Source: Bacteroidota bacterium
GTDB taxonomy: Bacteria; Bacteroidota; Bacteroidia; AKYH767-A; OLB10
NCBI GenBank assembly: GCA_025352785.1
Contig: JANXSD010000149.1
Location: 14,582 to 78,581 of the forward strand
DNA length: 64,000 bases
Direction of reading: 5' to 3'
Shown here: positions 1-8,736 of the stretch, piece by piece
Layout of the letters: each line of letters starts with the position of its first letter
Numbering within the stretch: the stretch's first letter is position 1
The notes under the pieces: generated by a model
Told to the model about the DNA's origin: nothing
The model's database searches: none
The model's input: the letters and a program-made list of their open reading frames with translations, nothing else
Program-made: the position numbers and the translations under genes

Positions 1-1745
1 TCTTTAATATGTTGACTTGTGGGTATATATTCATTACTCCAATTTATTCCGCCATCAGAGGTACGATATACTTTTCCATTTCCGAAGAGCCATCCATTTT
101 GTGCATCTGTAAAAACTATTTTATCAAATGAACTTCCATTTTTCGAATACACTAATTGATAGGAAACACCACCATCAATTGATTCTAAAACATCACCATT
201 GATAGTGCAGGCCCAACCATGTAATTTATTAATAAAAAATATTGAGCTAATTCCAGGAGTAAAAGTTGTTGAAGTAATTATCCAGTTTGTTCCACCATTT
301 ACCGTACGTAAAATTTCAAATCCATCAGTTGCAATCCATCCAGTATCCGCACTTACAAAAAACACATCTAAAAATTTAAATCCAGCTCCAGCAAGCGAAG
401 TAGTTTGGGGAAGCCACGTTGCACCTGAATTATTAGAACGAATAATGGCTTCTCCATTTCCACATGCAAATAAACGGGTAGCAGATGCTCTACAGATGGA
501 ATATAGATCGTCCGTAACTGGAGATAATAAGGTAGACCATAATGAGCCACCATTCGTACTATTTAAAATAGTTCCACCATCACCCACAGCTGTTATATTG
601 GTTGAAGTTAACGTAGCAATATCATTTAATTTAGAAGTTATTCCGGAGTTTAACGCTTGCCAATTGGATCCAAAAGTTGAAGTTAAAATTGTTCCTGCGT
701 CACCTGTTGCAAAAAGTAAATTACTCGTGGAAGAACATACTCCAGAAAGATTTTTATCTGCAACACGAACTTGAGAAGACACCCACGTAGTTCCAACATT
801 GGAACTTTTTAATATTTCGCCAAAACTACCAACAAGTAGAAAGTTACCACCGTTGAATGTTGCAATAGCATTTCCTGTAAACCATGATGATTGATTATTG
901 CTTTGCCAGGATGTTCCACCATTAATCGTTGACATTACTATTCCGTTAGAGCCAGAAATTATTCCTGTATTGGGATCGTTAAAACAAACTGATTTCAGAT
1001 CCGCACCGGCAGAAGGATTTATAGTCGTATTCCATGTTATTCCTCCATCAATGGTTTTATAGATCACCCCTCCATCAGAAGTCATGAAGCCATTTAAATC
1101 ATCAGGAAAACTTATTGCATTTAGATTATTCGTTCCTACTGGAGTTGAAGTTGTCCAACTAGTTCCAAAATTTGTTGTTTGCATATATAATCCATTAGCA
1201 CCAACTGCCCATCCATTTCCTGATGTATTTACTTGAAGTGCTTTAATTTCATCATTCAAATTATTAATTTGCGATGTCCAAGTATTTCCACCATCAAGTG
1301 TTTGTTGTATGCCATAAATTCCATTAAAAACGCCAGCAATCCAACCTGTATCAGCATTTAAGAAATACATTGACTGCGCATAAAGGTTCGAGAATCGATA
1401 ATTCACACTCCAGGTTGATCCACCATTCGTAGTTTTTAAAAAATTATATTCCATCGCAACATAACCAACAGTGGTATTCGGAAAATAAATTCCTGCAACT
1501 TGATTAAAGAAATTACAATTTTGAGAAGTCCAAGTGGAGCCTCCGTTTGTAGTTTTTAATATTGCGCCACCTGCTCCACCAATCCAACCTGTTGTCGCAT
1601 TTACAAAGGAAATTACATTTAAGTCGTTTCCTTGTGGAGATGGATGTTGCCATTTCCATTGTGCAAAGGTTGATGAACAAGAAAGAAATATAATTAAAAT
1701 TGCAAAAATAAATTTTTGTTTTTTGGGATGGTTTAAGGACAACAT
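1..1745 (-). CDS. Secreted BNR/Asp-box (YCF48-like) beta-propeller repeat protein; 3' end runs off the window
   Basis: Not in the ORF track. Manual translation from ATG at 1745 gives MLSLNHPKKQKFIFAILIIFLSCSSTFAQWKWQHPSPQGNDLNVISFVNATTGWIGGAGGAILKTTNGGSTW. It has a signal peptide and repeated (K/R)T(T/S)(N/D)GGxxW Asp-boxes, and the same frame reads YRTSDGGINW at the window edge. Confidence 0.9.
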   Translation of the reverse strand, partial: MLSLNHPKKQKFIFAILIIFLSCSSTFAQWKWQHPSPQGNDLNVISFVNATTGWIGGAGGAILKTTNGGSTWTSQNCNFFNQVAGIYFPNTTVGYVAMEYNFLKTTNGGSTWSVNYRFSNLYAQSMYFLNADTGWIAGVFNGIYGIQQTLDGGNTWTSQINNLNDEIKALQVNTSGNGWAVGANGLYMQTTNFGTSWTTSTPVGTNNLNAISFPDDLNGFMTSDGGVIYKTIDGGITWNTTINPSAGADLKSVCFNDPNTGIISGSNGIVMSTINGGTSWQSNNQSSWFTGNAIATFNGGNFLLVGSFGEILKSSNVGTTWVSSQVRVADKNLSGVCSSTSNLLFATGDAGTILTSTFGSNWQALNSGITSKLNDIATLTSTNITAVGDGGTILNSTNGGSLWSTLLSPVTDDLYSICRASATRLFACGNGEAIIRSNNSGATWLPQTTSLAGAGFKFLDVFFVSADTGWIATDGFEILRTVNGGTNWIITSTTFTPGISSIFFINKLHGWACTINGDVLESIDGGVSYQLVYSKNGSSFDKIVFTDAQNGWLFGNGKVYRTSDGGINWSNEYIPTSQHIK

Positions 1746-1862
1746 GTTTTATTTAATAATGAGTAATATAGTTGGTTTTACAAGCGCTTTGTACGTATTC
1801 TCTAGCGGATAGTTCTAATTGTCAATGAAAAAGATAATAAGAAGATAATGATAAAAAGCAAA

Positions 1863-1888
1863 TGAGCCGTCAGGTGGTGAGCGGCTCA
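1863..1888 (-). terminator. Probable hairpin terminator after the etfB-etfA-nuclease operon
   Basis: tgagccg...cggctca inverted repeat, followed on the minus strand by tttgcttttt. Confidence 0.5.
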
Positions 1889-1913
1889 ATGTGTATAAGG
1901 TGACAGTAAAAAA

Positions 1914-2534
1914 TTACTGTTGTGATGATTTTTTTCGTTTGGTAAGTTCGTCGCGAATTTTGGAGGCCGTTTCATAAGCTTCTTCATCGATGGCACGCAT
2001 AAGTGATTCTTTCAACTCTTCCATACTTAATGTAGAGTATTCAGCTTCAGGATTTGAAGAGCCTTCAAGGGCTTTTTTCTCTGATTTTTTCGGAAGACTT
2101 TTAGGCTTATCTATTTCCGCACCTTCTTCTAATACAACTCCTGAGGATGATAAAATAAATTCATAAGTATAGATAGGGCAATTAAATCTTACCGCCATAG
2201 CTATTGCATCAGAAGTTCGAGCATCAATCTCTTTTACTTCAGAGCCATTATTACACATCAATTTAGAATAAAAGATTCCTTCTTTAATATTGTAAATGAT
2301 GACTTCATCTATATGAACTCCAAATTCTATTGCGAAATTTCGAAAAAGATCATGTGTTAATGGTCGTGCAGGTTGCATGTTTTCTAACTCAACAGCAATC
2401 GCTTGAGCCTCATATCCACCAATGATGATAGGAAGTCGGCGCTTACCTTCTTCCTCACCTAATACGAGCGCATAAGCACCTGATTGGGTTTGACTAAAGG
2501 AGAGCCCGAGTATTTCCAGTTTAATTTTCTTCAT
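1914..2534 (-). CDS. Bifunctional nuclease family (DUF151) protein with C-terminal UvrB/UvrC motif
   Basis: LPIIIG.EA, RPLTHDL and DARTSDAIA motifs; C-terminal EAYETASKIRDEL UVR motif. Confidence 0.9.
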   Translation of the reverse strand: MKKIKLEILGLSFSQTQSGAYALVLGEEEGKRRLPIIIGGYEAQAIAVELENMQPARPLTHDLFRNFAIEFGVHIDEVIIYNIKEGIFYSKLMCNNGSEVKEIDARTSDAIAMAVRFNCPIYTYEFILSSSGVVLEEGAEIDKPKSLPKKSEKKALEGSSNPEAEYSTLSMEELKESLMRAIDEEAYETASKIRDELTKRKKSSQQ

Positions 2535-2560
2535 ATAAACTTTGCTTTTGGCTTCTAGGA

Positions 2561-3538
2561 TTAGGCGTTAACAGCCTTAAATTCTTTAACAGCCTCAATA
2601 AGTTTTGGAACAACATCAAAAGCATCACCCACAATACCATAATCTGCGGCTTTGAAGAATGGTGCTTCTGGATCTTTATTTATAACAACAATCACTTTTG
2701 AGGAACTTACTCCTGCAAGATGCTGAATTGCACCTGAAATTCCTATTGCGATATATAGATTTGGGCTAATTGCAATTCCTGTTTGTCCTACGTGTTCACT
2801 ATGTGGACGCCAATTTGAATCTGATACGGGTTTCGAACATGCCGTTGCAGCACCTAATAAATTTGCCAACTCTTCAATCATTCCCCAATTTTCAGGACCT
2901 TTCAATCCACGACCACCAGACACCACTATTTCTGCATCAGGTAGAGAAACTTTATCTGCTGCACGAACGATTTCCTTCACCATCGCTTTGAAATCAAGAT
3001 CACGTACTGTAGGATTAAAATCTACAATGTTCGAGTCTTTTTGATGTTCATTTACTTGATAAGAGTTGGGCATTAAAGTGATCACTTTTCTATCGCTGGT
3101 AAGTGTTACATCTGCGAAAGCTTTTCCAGAAAAAGCACCTTTACGAACTGTAAAACCATTTGTAATATCTGGCAAGGAAATAGCGCCATCCACTAAGCCA
3201 GCGTCCAATTTTACTGCAACACGTGGTGCTAATCCTTTTCCTGTAAAAGATGCTGACATAATCACCACTTTCGAATCTTCTGCTATTGATGCTTCGGAGA
3301 TAACAGCCGCGTAAGCCATATTTACAAAAGACTTCAATTTTTCATTTGTCACATTCAAAACTTTGGAAGCTCCATATTTTGAAAGTTTAGCTAATTCATC
3401 AGCATTTACATCACCAATAGAAAGTACCGTAAGACTTCCACCGATTTTTTCTGCGATAGCATAACCAAACGAAAGTACTTCGTAAGTTGATTTTTTAAAT
3501 TTCCCGCCGGCATTTTCGGCATATACTAAAACTGACAT
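2561..3538 (-). CDS. etfA: Electron transfer flavoprotein subunit alpha
   Basis: IVVSGGRG, VGQTG, LYIAIGISGAIQHLAG and INKDPEAP FAD-binding motifs. Confidence 0.97.
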   Translation of the reverse strand: MSVLVYAENAGGKFKKSTYEVLSFGYAIAEKIGGSLTVLSIGDVNADELAKLSKYGASKVLNVTNEKLKSFVNMAYAAVISEASIAEDSKVVIMSASFTGKGLAPRVAVKLDAGLVDGAISLPDITNGFTVRKGAFSGKAFADVTLTSDRKVITLMPNSYQVNEHQKDSNIVDFNPTVRDLDFKAMVKEIVRAADKVSLPDAEIVVSGGRGLKGPENWGMIEELANLLGAATACSKPVSDSNWRPHSEHVGQTGIAISPNLYIAIGISGAIQHLAGVSSSKVIVVINKDPEAPFFKAADYGIVGDAFDVVPKLIEAVKEFKAVNA

Positions 3539-3615
3539 ATATTTTTTTGTAAAACAGATATTTGAACCTATGAGTTTAGGTATCTATTGGATGATTAGTC
3601 GATGGTTAGCTAAAG

Positions 3616-4353
3616 TTAAAAAGATTTAGCCTCGGTATGTAATAAATCTACTAATTTTTTCACATCGTCGGATGGAACAAGTTTCACATGACTACGAGCT
3701 GCTGGTTTATCATATTTCACATACTCTTGTAGTTGAGGAACAGGGAGTGGTTCAACAACCACCAATGGTTTTGTACGTGCACTCATGATACCTCGCATAT
3801 TAGGAATACGTGGTTCTGCCATACCTTCGGTCGCGCTCACAATAAGTGGAGTTGGACAATTTAGTATTTCCTTGCCACCTTCAATTTCCCTTTCGAGAGT
3901 AGCAATGCCATTTTCAATGGTTAATGATTTAACTATAGATACACTTGGAAGGTCTAACATCTCAGCAACCATTGCTGCAACCTGTGAACCGTTATAATCA
4001 ATCGACTCTCTACCAGTTAAAATGAGGTCGTAATTCTGATCCTTCGCCACATGCGCAACTTGCTTTGCCACATAATAAGCATCACGTGGAGTTCCATTCA
4101 CGCGTATTGCATCGGTAGCACCAATTGCAAGAGCTTTACGGATAGTAGGCTCTGTAGTGACATCTCCAACGTTTATTACTGTAACTGTACCACCTTGTTT
4201 TTCAGTAAGTTCAAGTGCCTTAGTTAAAGCAATTTCATCGTAAGGGTTAATAATATATTGAACACCGGCAGTAACAAAAGACTTCTGATCTTCTGTAAAA
4301 TTGATCTTAGTGGTAGTGTCTGGAACGTTGCTAATGCAAACTAAAATCTTCAT
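3616..4353 (-). CDS. etfB: Electron transfer flavoprotein subunit beta
   Basis: MKILVCISNVPDT start (ATG 4353 preferred over TTG 4380); INPYDE, ALAIGA and EPRIPNMRGIM motifs; directly upstream of etfA. Confidence 0.96.
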   Translation of the reverse strand: MKILVCISNVPDTTTKINFTEDQKSFVTAGVQYIINPYDEIALTKALELTEKQGGTVTVINVGDVTTEPTIRKALAIGATDAIRVNGTPRDAYYVAKQVAHVAKDQNYDLILTGRESIDYNGSQVAAMVAEMLDLPSVSIVKSLTIENGIATLEREIEGGKEILNCPTPLIVSATEGMAEPRIPNMRGIMSARTKPLVVVEPLPVPQLQEYVKYDKPAARSHVKLVPSDDVKKLVDLLHTEAKSF

Positions 4354-4377
4354 TTTTACGCTTTCTAAATACAATCG

Positions 4378-4385
4378 CAAAACTA
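4378..4385 (-). promoter_or_regulatory. Bacteroidota sigma-A -7 element for the etfB operon
   Basis: TAGTTTTG on the minus strand matches TAnnTTTG, 24 nt before the ATG. Confidence 0.6.
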
Positions 4386-4534
4386 CTCTAAACGAAGGAA
4401 TTTACAAAGCAATTAGCAATTGGATATTACAACTCTATTTCTTGTAAATGTCCATATCGTATTTTGTGTAAAATCTATTTTATTAGGTTTTAGAATTAAT
4501 CAGGGCTTATCTTCGTAATCATCTTAATAAAAAA

Positions 4535-4867
4535 ATGAGCCTAAATCGTATTTCTCAACTTGAAATTTACTTGAAGGAAGATCCCAATGATGCGTTTTCA
4601 AAGTATGCATTAGCCTTAGAGTATTCAAAATTGCAAAATAATGAGATGGCCATTCGATTGCTTTGTCAGCTTAAACAACAGCAGCCAGAATATCTTGCAT
4701 TGTATTATCAATTGGGAAAATTCTATGAACTAAATCAACAACAAGACAATGCAATAAGTATTTATAAATATGGAATTCAGATCGCGCAAAAGCAAAACAA
4801 CCGTCATACACTTTCTGAATTAAAACAGGCATTAAGTGAAATTTCGGATGCAGATGATGAGTATTAA
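4535..4867 (+). CDS. Small tetratricopeptide repeat protein
   Basis: P.DAF.KYALALEY and YLALYYQLGKFYE TPR-like helices; typical neighbour of Bacteroidota etf/pdhB. Confidence 0.85.
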   Translation: MSLNRISQLEIYLKEDPNDAFSKYALALEYSKLQNNEMAIRLLCQLKQQQPEYLALYYQLGKFYELNQQQDNAISIYKYGIQIAQKQNNRHTLSELKQALSEISDADDEY

Positions 4868-5032
4868 ATCCTACATTAAAAATTAATTAGGAAAGCGAGG
4901 TCTCTACGTAATTTACCGATTTGAATGAACAGTAGTATTAAGTAGACCACGTAGTAGACCACCGAAGTAATAATTCATGTTATAACAAACACTAAGTAGT
5001 TTGACAATTTAAAAACATTGCTAAGTAATCCC

Positions 5033-5040
5033 TATTTTTG
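5033..5040 (+). promoter_or_regulatory. Sigma-A -7 element for pdhB
   Basis: TATTTTTG, 23 nt upstream of ATG 5064. Confidence 0.6.
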
Positions 5041-5063
5041 CAATCCAGAATTATAAAAACCAG

Positions 5064-6050
5064 ATGAGAGAAATACAATTTCGTGAAGCTTTACGTGAAG
5101 CACTGAGTGAAGAAATGCGTCGTGATGAGCGTGTATTCCTGATGGGTGAAGAAGTGGCAGAATACAATGGTGCGTATAAAGTTAGTCAGGGAATGCTTGA
5201 TGAATTCGGACCAAAAAGAGTAATAGATACTCCAATTGCCGAACTAGGTTTTGCTGGTATCGGAGTAGGTGCGGCAATGAACGGTTTACGCCCGATAATT
5301 GAATTCATGACGTTTAATTTTTCATTGGTAGCGATAGATCAGGTGATTAATTCAGCTGCTAAAATGATGAGCATGAGCGGAGGTAACTTTAGTGTTCCAA
5401 TAGTTTTTCGCGGTCCAACGGGTTCTGCTGGTATGTTGAGTTCGCAACATAGTCAGGCTTTTGAAAGTTGGTATGCAAACTGTCCGGGTTTAAAAGTGGT
5501 AGTTCCTTCAAATCCTGCGGATGCAAAAGGTCTTTTAAAATCTGCAATTCGTGATAACGATCCTGTGATTTTTATGGAGAGTGAACAGATGTATGGCGAC
5601 AAGGGTATGGTTCCGGAAGGAGAATATTTAATGCCTATTGGTATTGCTGATATTAAACGAGCGGGCACCGATGTTACTATTGTTTCTTTCGGCAAAATGA
5701 TGAAAATAGCTTATGCTGCTGCTGATGAATTGGCAAAAGAAAATATCAGTGCAGAGGTGATTGATTTACGTTCTGTTCGTCCGATTGATTATAAAACGAT
5801 AATTGAATCAGTTAAGAAAACCAATCGTTTAGTGGTAGTAGAAGAAAGTTGGCCACTTGCATCCATCGCTACTGAAGTTGCATTTAAAGTTCAAAAGGAT
5901 GCTTTTGATTATTTAGATGCACCGATTTTAAGAGTGATGGGAGGGGATGTTCCATTGCCGTATGCTCCAACTTTAATTGAAGCATATTTACCGAATCCTG
6001 CTCGCGTTATTAAAGCCGTTAAAGAAGTAATGTATTTACAGAAAGCATAA
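5064..6050 (+). CDS. pdhB: Pyruvate dehydrogenase E1 subunit beta
   Basis: GEEVAEYNGAYKVS, DTPIAE, EFMTFNF and QHSQ motifs. Confidence 0.96.
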   Translation: MREIQFREALREALSEEMRRDERVFLMGEEVAEYNGAYKVSQGMLDEFGPKRVIDTPIAELGFAGIGVGAAMNGLRPIIEFMTFNFSLVAIDQVINSAAKMMSMSGGNFSVPIVFRGPTGSAGMLSSQHSQAFESWYANCPGLKVVVPSNPADAKGLLKSAIRDNDPVIFMESEQMYGDKGMVPEGEYLMPIGIADIKRAGTDVTIVSFGKMMKIAYAAADELAKENISAEVIDLRSVRPIDYKTIIESVKKTNRLVVVEESWPLASIATEVAFKVQKDAFDYLDAPILRVMGGDVPLPYAPTLIEAYLPNPARVIKAVKEVMYLQKA

Positions 6051-6062
6051 TTTTTTTCTTCG

Positions 6063-6107
6063 ATTACACGGGAACGGGAACCAAATTGGTTCCCGTTCCC
6101 GTGTAAT
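6063..6107. terminator. Perfect 22-bp inverted repeat between convergent genes (terminator or stabilising hairpin)
   Basis: attacacgggaacgggaaccaa-a-ttggttcccgttcccgtgtaat; the arms are exact reverse complements. Confidence 0.7.
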
Positions 6108-6121
6108 ACTCACTATATATA

Positions 6122-6598
6122 TTATTTCATTTGTTGTCTTCTTTCTTTAATTTTCTCCAGCAACTCTTTCTTAAAATCATTTTCGGCTCCATAAAGCAAT
6201 GCGACTTTTTTGATGGGTAATACTTGTTTAAATTGTGGATGAAACTTTTTCATAATATCCACTTCTTGTTGTTTGAAAATTATTTCGCTATCAACAATTT
6301 TTTCAGCATCCTTATCGCTTAGCGCACTCATATCCTCTTTCAGGTCACGTTTTTGAGAAGCATGATCCTTACGTATCTTTTTTAATTCATCAGAAAACTG
6401 ATTGAATACGGGCCAAAAGCGTTGCGCTTCATCAGAGGTTAAATCTAATCTTCGCGTTAGATAGGCAATTTTCATTGATTCAATTTCTTCTCTTCGTTCT
6501 TCTTTTCGTGGTGAACGATTAGGTGTTGATGTTTGCGCTGAAAGAGAAAGTGATATAAGACAAAGTAATAGTGGTAATAAAGTGCGTATAGTTTTCAT
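6122..6598 (-). CDS. Periplasmic helical (Spy/CpxP-like) protein associated with an ECF sigma factor
   Basis: Signal peptide; KIAYLTRRLDLTSDEAQRFWPVFN motif of the third gene in Bacteroidota ECF operons. Confidence 0.75.
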   Translation of the reverse strand: MKTIRTLLPLLLCLISLSLSAQTSTPNRSPRKEERREEIESMKIAYLTRRLDLTSDEAQRFWPVFNQFSDELKKIRKDHASQKRDLKEDMSALSDKDAEKIVDSEIIFKQQEVDIMKKFHPQFKQVLPIKKVALLYGAENDFKKELLEKIKERRQQMK

Positions 6599-6609
6599 AA
6601 TGTTGAATT

Positions 6610-7053
6610 TTAAAATTGATTTGTTAATAGTGATTCATCGCTGTTATTGATGAGATAATCTTCCAATGCTTTATCATCAATCCCATTTAAGGGCTGGCAA
6701 GCCAAATATTTTTCTGTTAATGCACTTTCATCGAGCTCCGAATAATATCCACTTTCAATCATGTCTTCATAGGTACAGGCGATTTCTTTAGAATGGGTTT
6801 TGTTAGTATTTATCATAAAAAAGAATATGCCCAAACTTATACAAACAGTTAATAAGGTGGCTAAAATAAATACTGGACGTTTAGCTTTAACACTCGAAAT
6901 AACAAGATTTTGTTGGTGATTTAATTTATCTTGTATATTCGAAGTAAGTGAATCGAAATAACCATTTGGAGCTTGAAATGGTTCTTTTCGTGATAGCGAT
7001 TGTAAGTGATTGGTGTCACTTAATTCATCATCATGGTGTAAATTTGGATTCAT
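6610..7053 (-). CDS. Putative single-TM anti-sigma factor
   Basis: PFQAPNGYFD motif and one TM helix; directly downstream of the ECF sigma gene. Start is ATG 7053 or TTG 7065. Confidence 0.7.
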   Translation of the reverse strand: MNPNLHHDDELSDTNHLQSLSRKEPFQAPNGYFDSLTSNIQDKLNHQQNLVISSVKAKRPVFILATLLTVCISLGIFFFMINTNKTHSKEIACTYEDMIESGYYSELDESALTEKYLACQPLNGIDDKALEDYLINNSDESLLTNQF

Positions 7054-7098
7054 GTTTTTTCGCAATATCTCATTAAGATGGATTGTAATCTATAAAGT

Positions 7099-7653
7099 TT
7101 AATTTCCTAAAATAAATTTTTCGACTTTCGCTGCTGCGTGGTGGTAGGAGGCTTTTAATGCTCCAACAGAAGTACCTAAAACGATTGACATTTCTTCGTA
7201 TTTCATCTCCTCGTAATAGCGGAGATTGAATACAATTCGTTGTTTTTCTGGAAGGCTTAATATTGCTTGTTGTAATTTCAATTCTAATTTATCAGCGTTC
7301 AGTACTTCGTTTTGCACCAATTTTCCCGATAATTCGCTTTCAACATCCCCAATAGGAAGAAAAAATCGTTTTCTTTTTTGCTTCAAAAAACCAAGACATT
7401 CATTAGTAGCTACCCGATAAAGCCAAGTGTAAAGTTGACTATCTTCTCTAAATCCGTCGAGGTGATTCCAAACTTTTATAAAAGTATTTTGTAATAAATC
7501 ATTGGTATCATCGTGATCAACTACCATTCGGCGGATATGGTAATAAAGTTTCTGCTGATATTTCCGTACTAATAAATTAAAAGCATAATGTTTGTTATTG
7601 CCTTCGGGATTCCGAAAACGTTCGATTAATTCACCATCACTGTATTCATCCAT
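7099..7653 (-). CDS. ECF-type sigma-70 RNA polymerase sigma factor
   Basis: Region 2 (DLLQNTFIKVW...TWLYRVATN) and region 4 (LPEKQRIVFNLRYYEEMKYEE...SVGALKASYHHA). Confidence 0.95.
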   Translation of the reverse strand: MDEYSDGELIERFRNPEGNNKHYAFNLLVRKYQQKLYYHIRRMVVDHDDTNDLLQNTFIKVWNHLDGFREDSQLYTWLYRVATNECLGFLKQKRKRFFLPIGDVESELSGKLVQNEVLNADKLELKLQQAILSLPEKQRIVFNLRYYEEMKYEEMSIVLGTSVGALKASYHHAAAKVEKFILGN

Positions 7654-7730
7654 TTAAAACTAGCAATAAATATTTATATAGAAAAAATTGGATGTCGATA
7701 ACAACATTTGGTTTAATTCAAAACAATTTT

Positions 7731-8699
7731 TTATGCATGTATGGATTCTTTTCTTGCCATAACACGCTCAACAGCTTCTACAATATTCTTAGCATCCAAA
7801 CCGTATTTCGTCATTAGTTCATCGGGTGTTCCACTTTCGCCAAAACTATCATTTACGGCTACATATTCTTGCGGACTAGGCATGTGTACGGCTAAAACTT
7901 GGGCAACAGCATCTCCTAATCCACCAAATTTATTATGTTCTTCTGCTGTTACTACACATCGTGTTTTTGCTAGTGACGTTAAGATTGCTGATTCATCAAT
8001 TGGTTTTATTGTATGGATATTGATGATATCAGCTGAAATACCTTTCGCAGCAAGTTCTTCTCCTGCTAAAATTGCTTGCCAAACTAAATGACCAGTCGCG
8101 ATGATGGTGACATCTGTACCTTCATTTAAATGAACTGCTTTTCCAATTTCAAATGTTTGATCAGCAGGAGTGAAGTTAGGAACGGTGGGTCTTCCGAAAC
8201 GCAAATAAACTGGACCTACATAATCGGCGATTGCAACTGTTGCTGCCTTTGTTTGATTGTAATCACAAGGATTAATCACCACCATTCCTGGAAGCATTCT
8301 CATTAAACCAATATCTTCTAATATTTGATGCGTTGCGCCATCTTCTCCTAATGTTAATCCGGCATGTGAAGCACAAATTTTTACATTTTTGTTGGAGTAG
8401 GCAATCGATTGTCGTATTTGATCATAAACACGACCCGTGCTAAAGTTCGCAAAAGTACCAGTGAATGGAATTTTCCCGCCGATAGTTAATCCAGCCGCAA
8501 TACCCATCATGTTTGCTTCAGCAATTCCAACTTGTATAAATCGATCTGGAAATTCTTTTGCAAAGGCATCCATCTTCAACGATCCTGTTAAATCTGCACA
8601 AAGAGCAATTGCATTTTTATTTTTCCTGCCTACTTCTAATAACCCTGCGCCAAATCCTGAACGTGTATCTTTCTTCTCGGTGTAAGTATATTTTTTCAT
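7731..8699 (-). CDS. Transketolase, C-terminal subunit
   Basis: [22 protein letters not shown] and AEEH motifs. Confidence 0.95.
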   Translation of the reverse strand: MKKYTYTEKKDTRSGFGAGLLEVGRKNKNAIALCADLTGSLKMDAFAKEFPDRFIQVGIAEANMMGIAAGLTIGGKIPFTGTFANFSTGRVYDQIRQSIAYSNKNVKICASHAGLTLGEDGATHQILEDIGLMRMLPGMVVINPCDYNQTKAATVAIADYVGPVYLRFGRPTVPNFTPADQTFEIGKAVHLNEGTDVTIIATGHLVWQAILAGEELAAKGISADIINIHTIKPIDESAILTSLAKTRCVVTAEEHNKFGGLGDAVAQVLAVHMPSPQEYVAVNDSFGESGTPDELMTKYGLDAKNIVEAVERVMARKESIHA

Positions 8700-8736
8700 G
8701 CTAATTGAAATATGATATTATTTATATTTTGTAGTA

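Noticed and set aside
199-1812. Plus-strand ORFs 199-774 and 1534-1812, and minus-strand ORF 368-553
   Set aside because: Shadow or off-frame ORFs of the real minus-strand BNR-repeat gene; their VPP/EPP periodicity mirrors its GG-T-W codons.
3616-3640. Frameshift at the etfB C-terminus (ends EAKSF rather than EAKVI)
   Set aside because: The length is normal and only the last two residues differ; there is no evidence of truncation.
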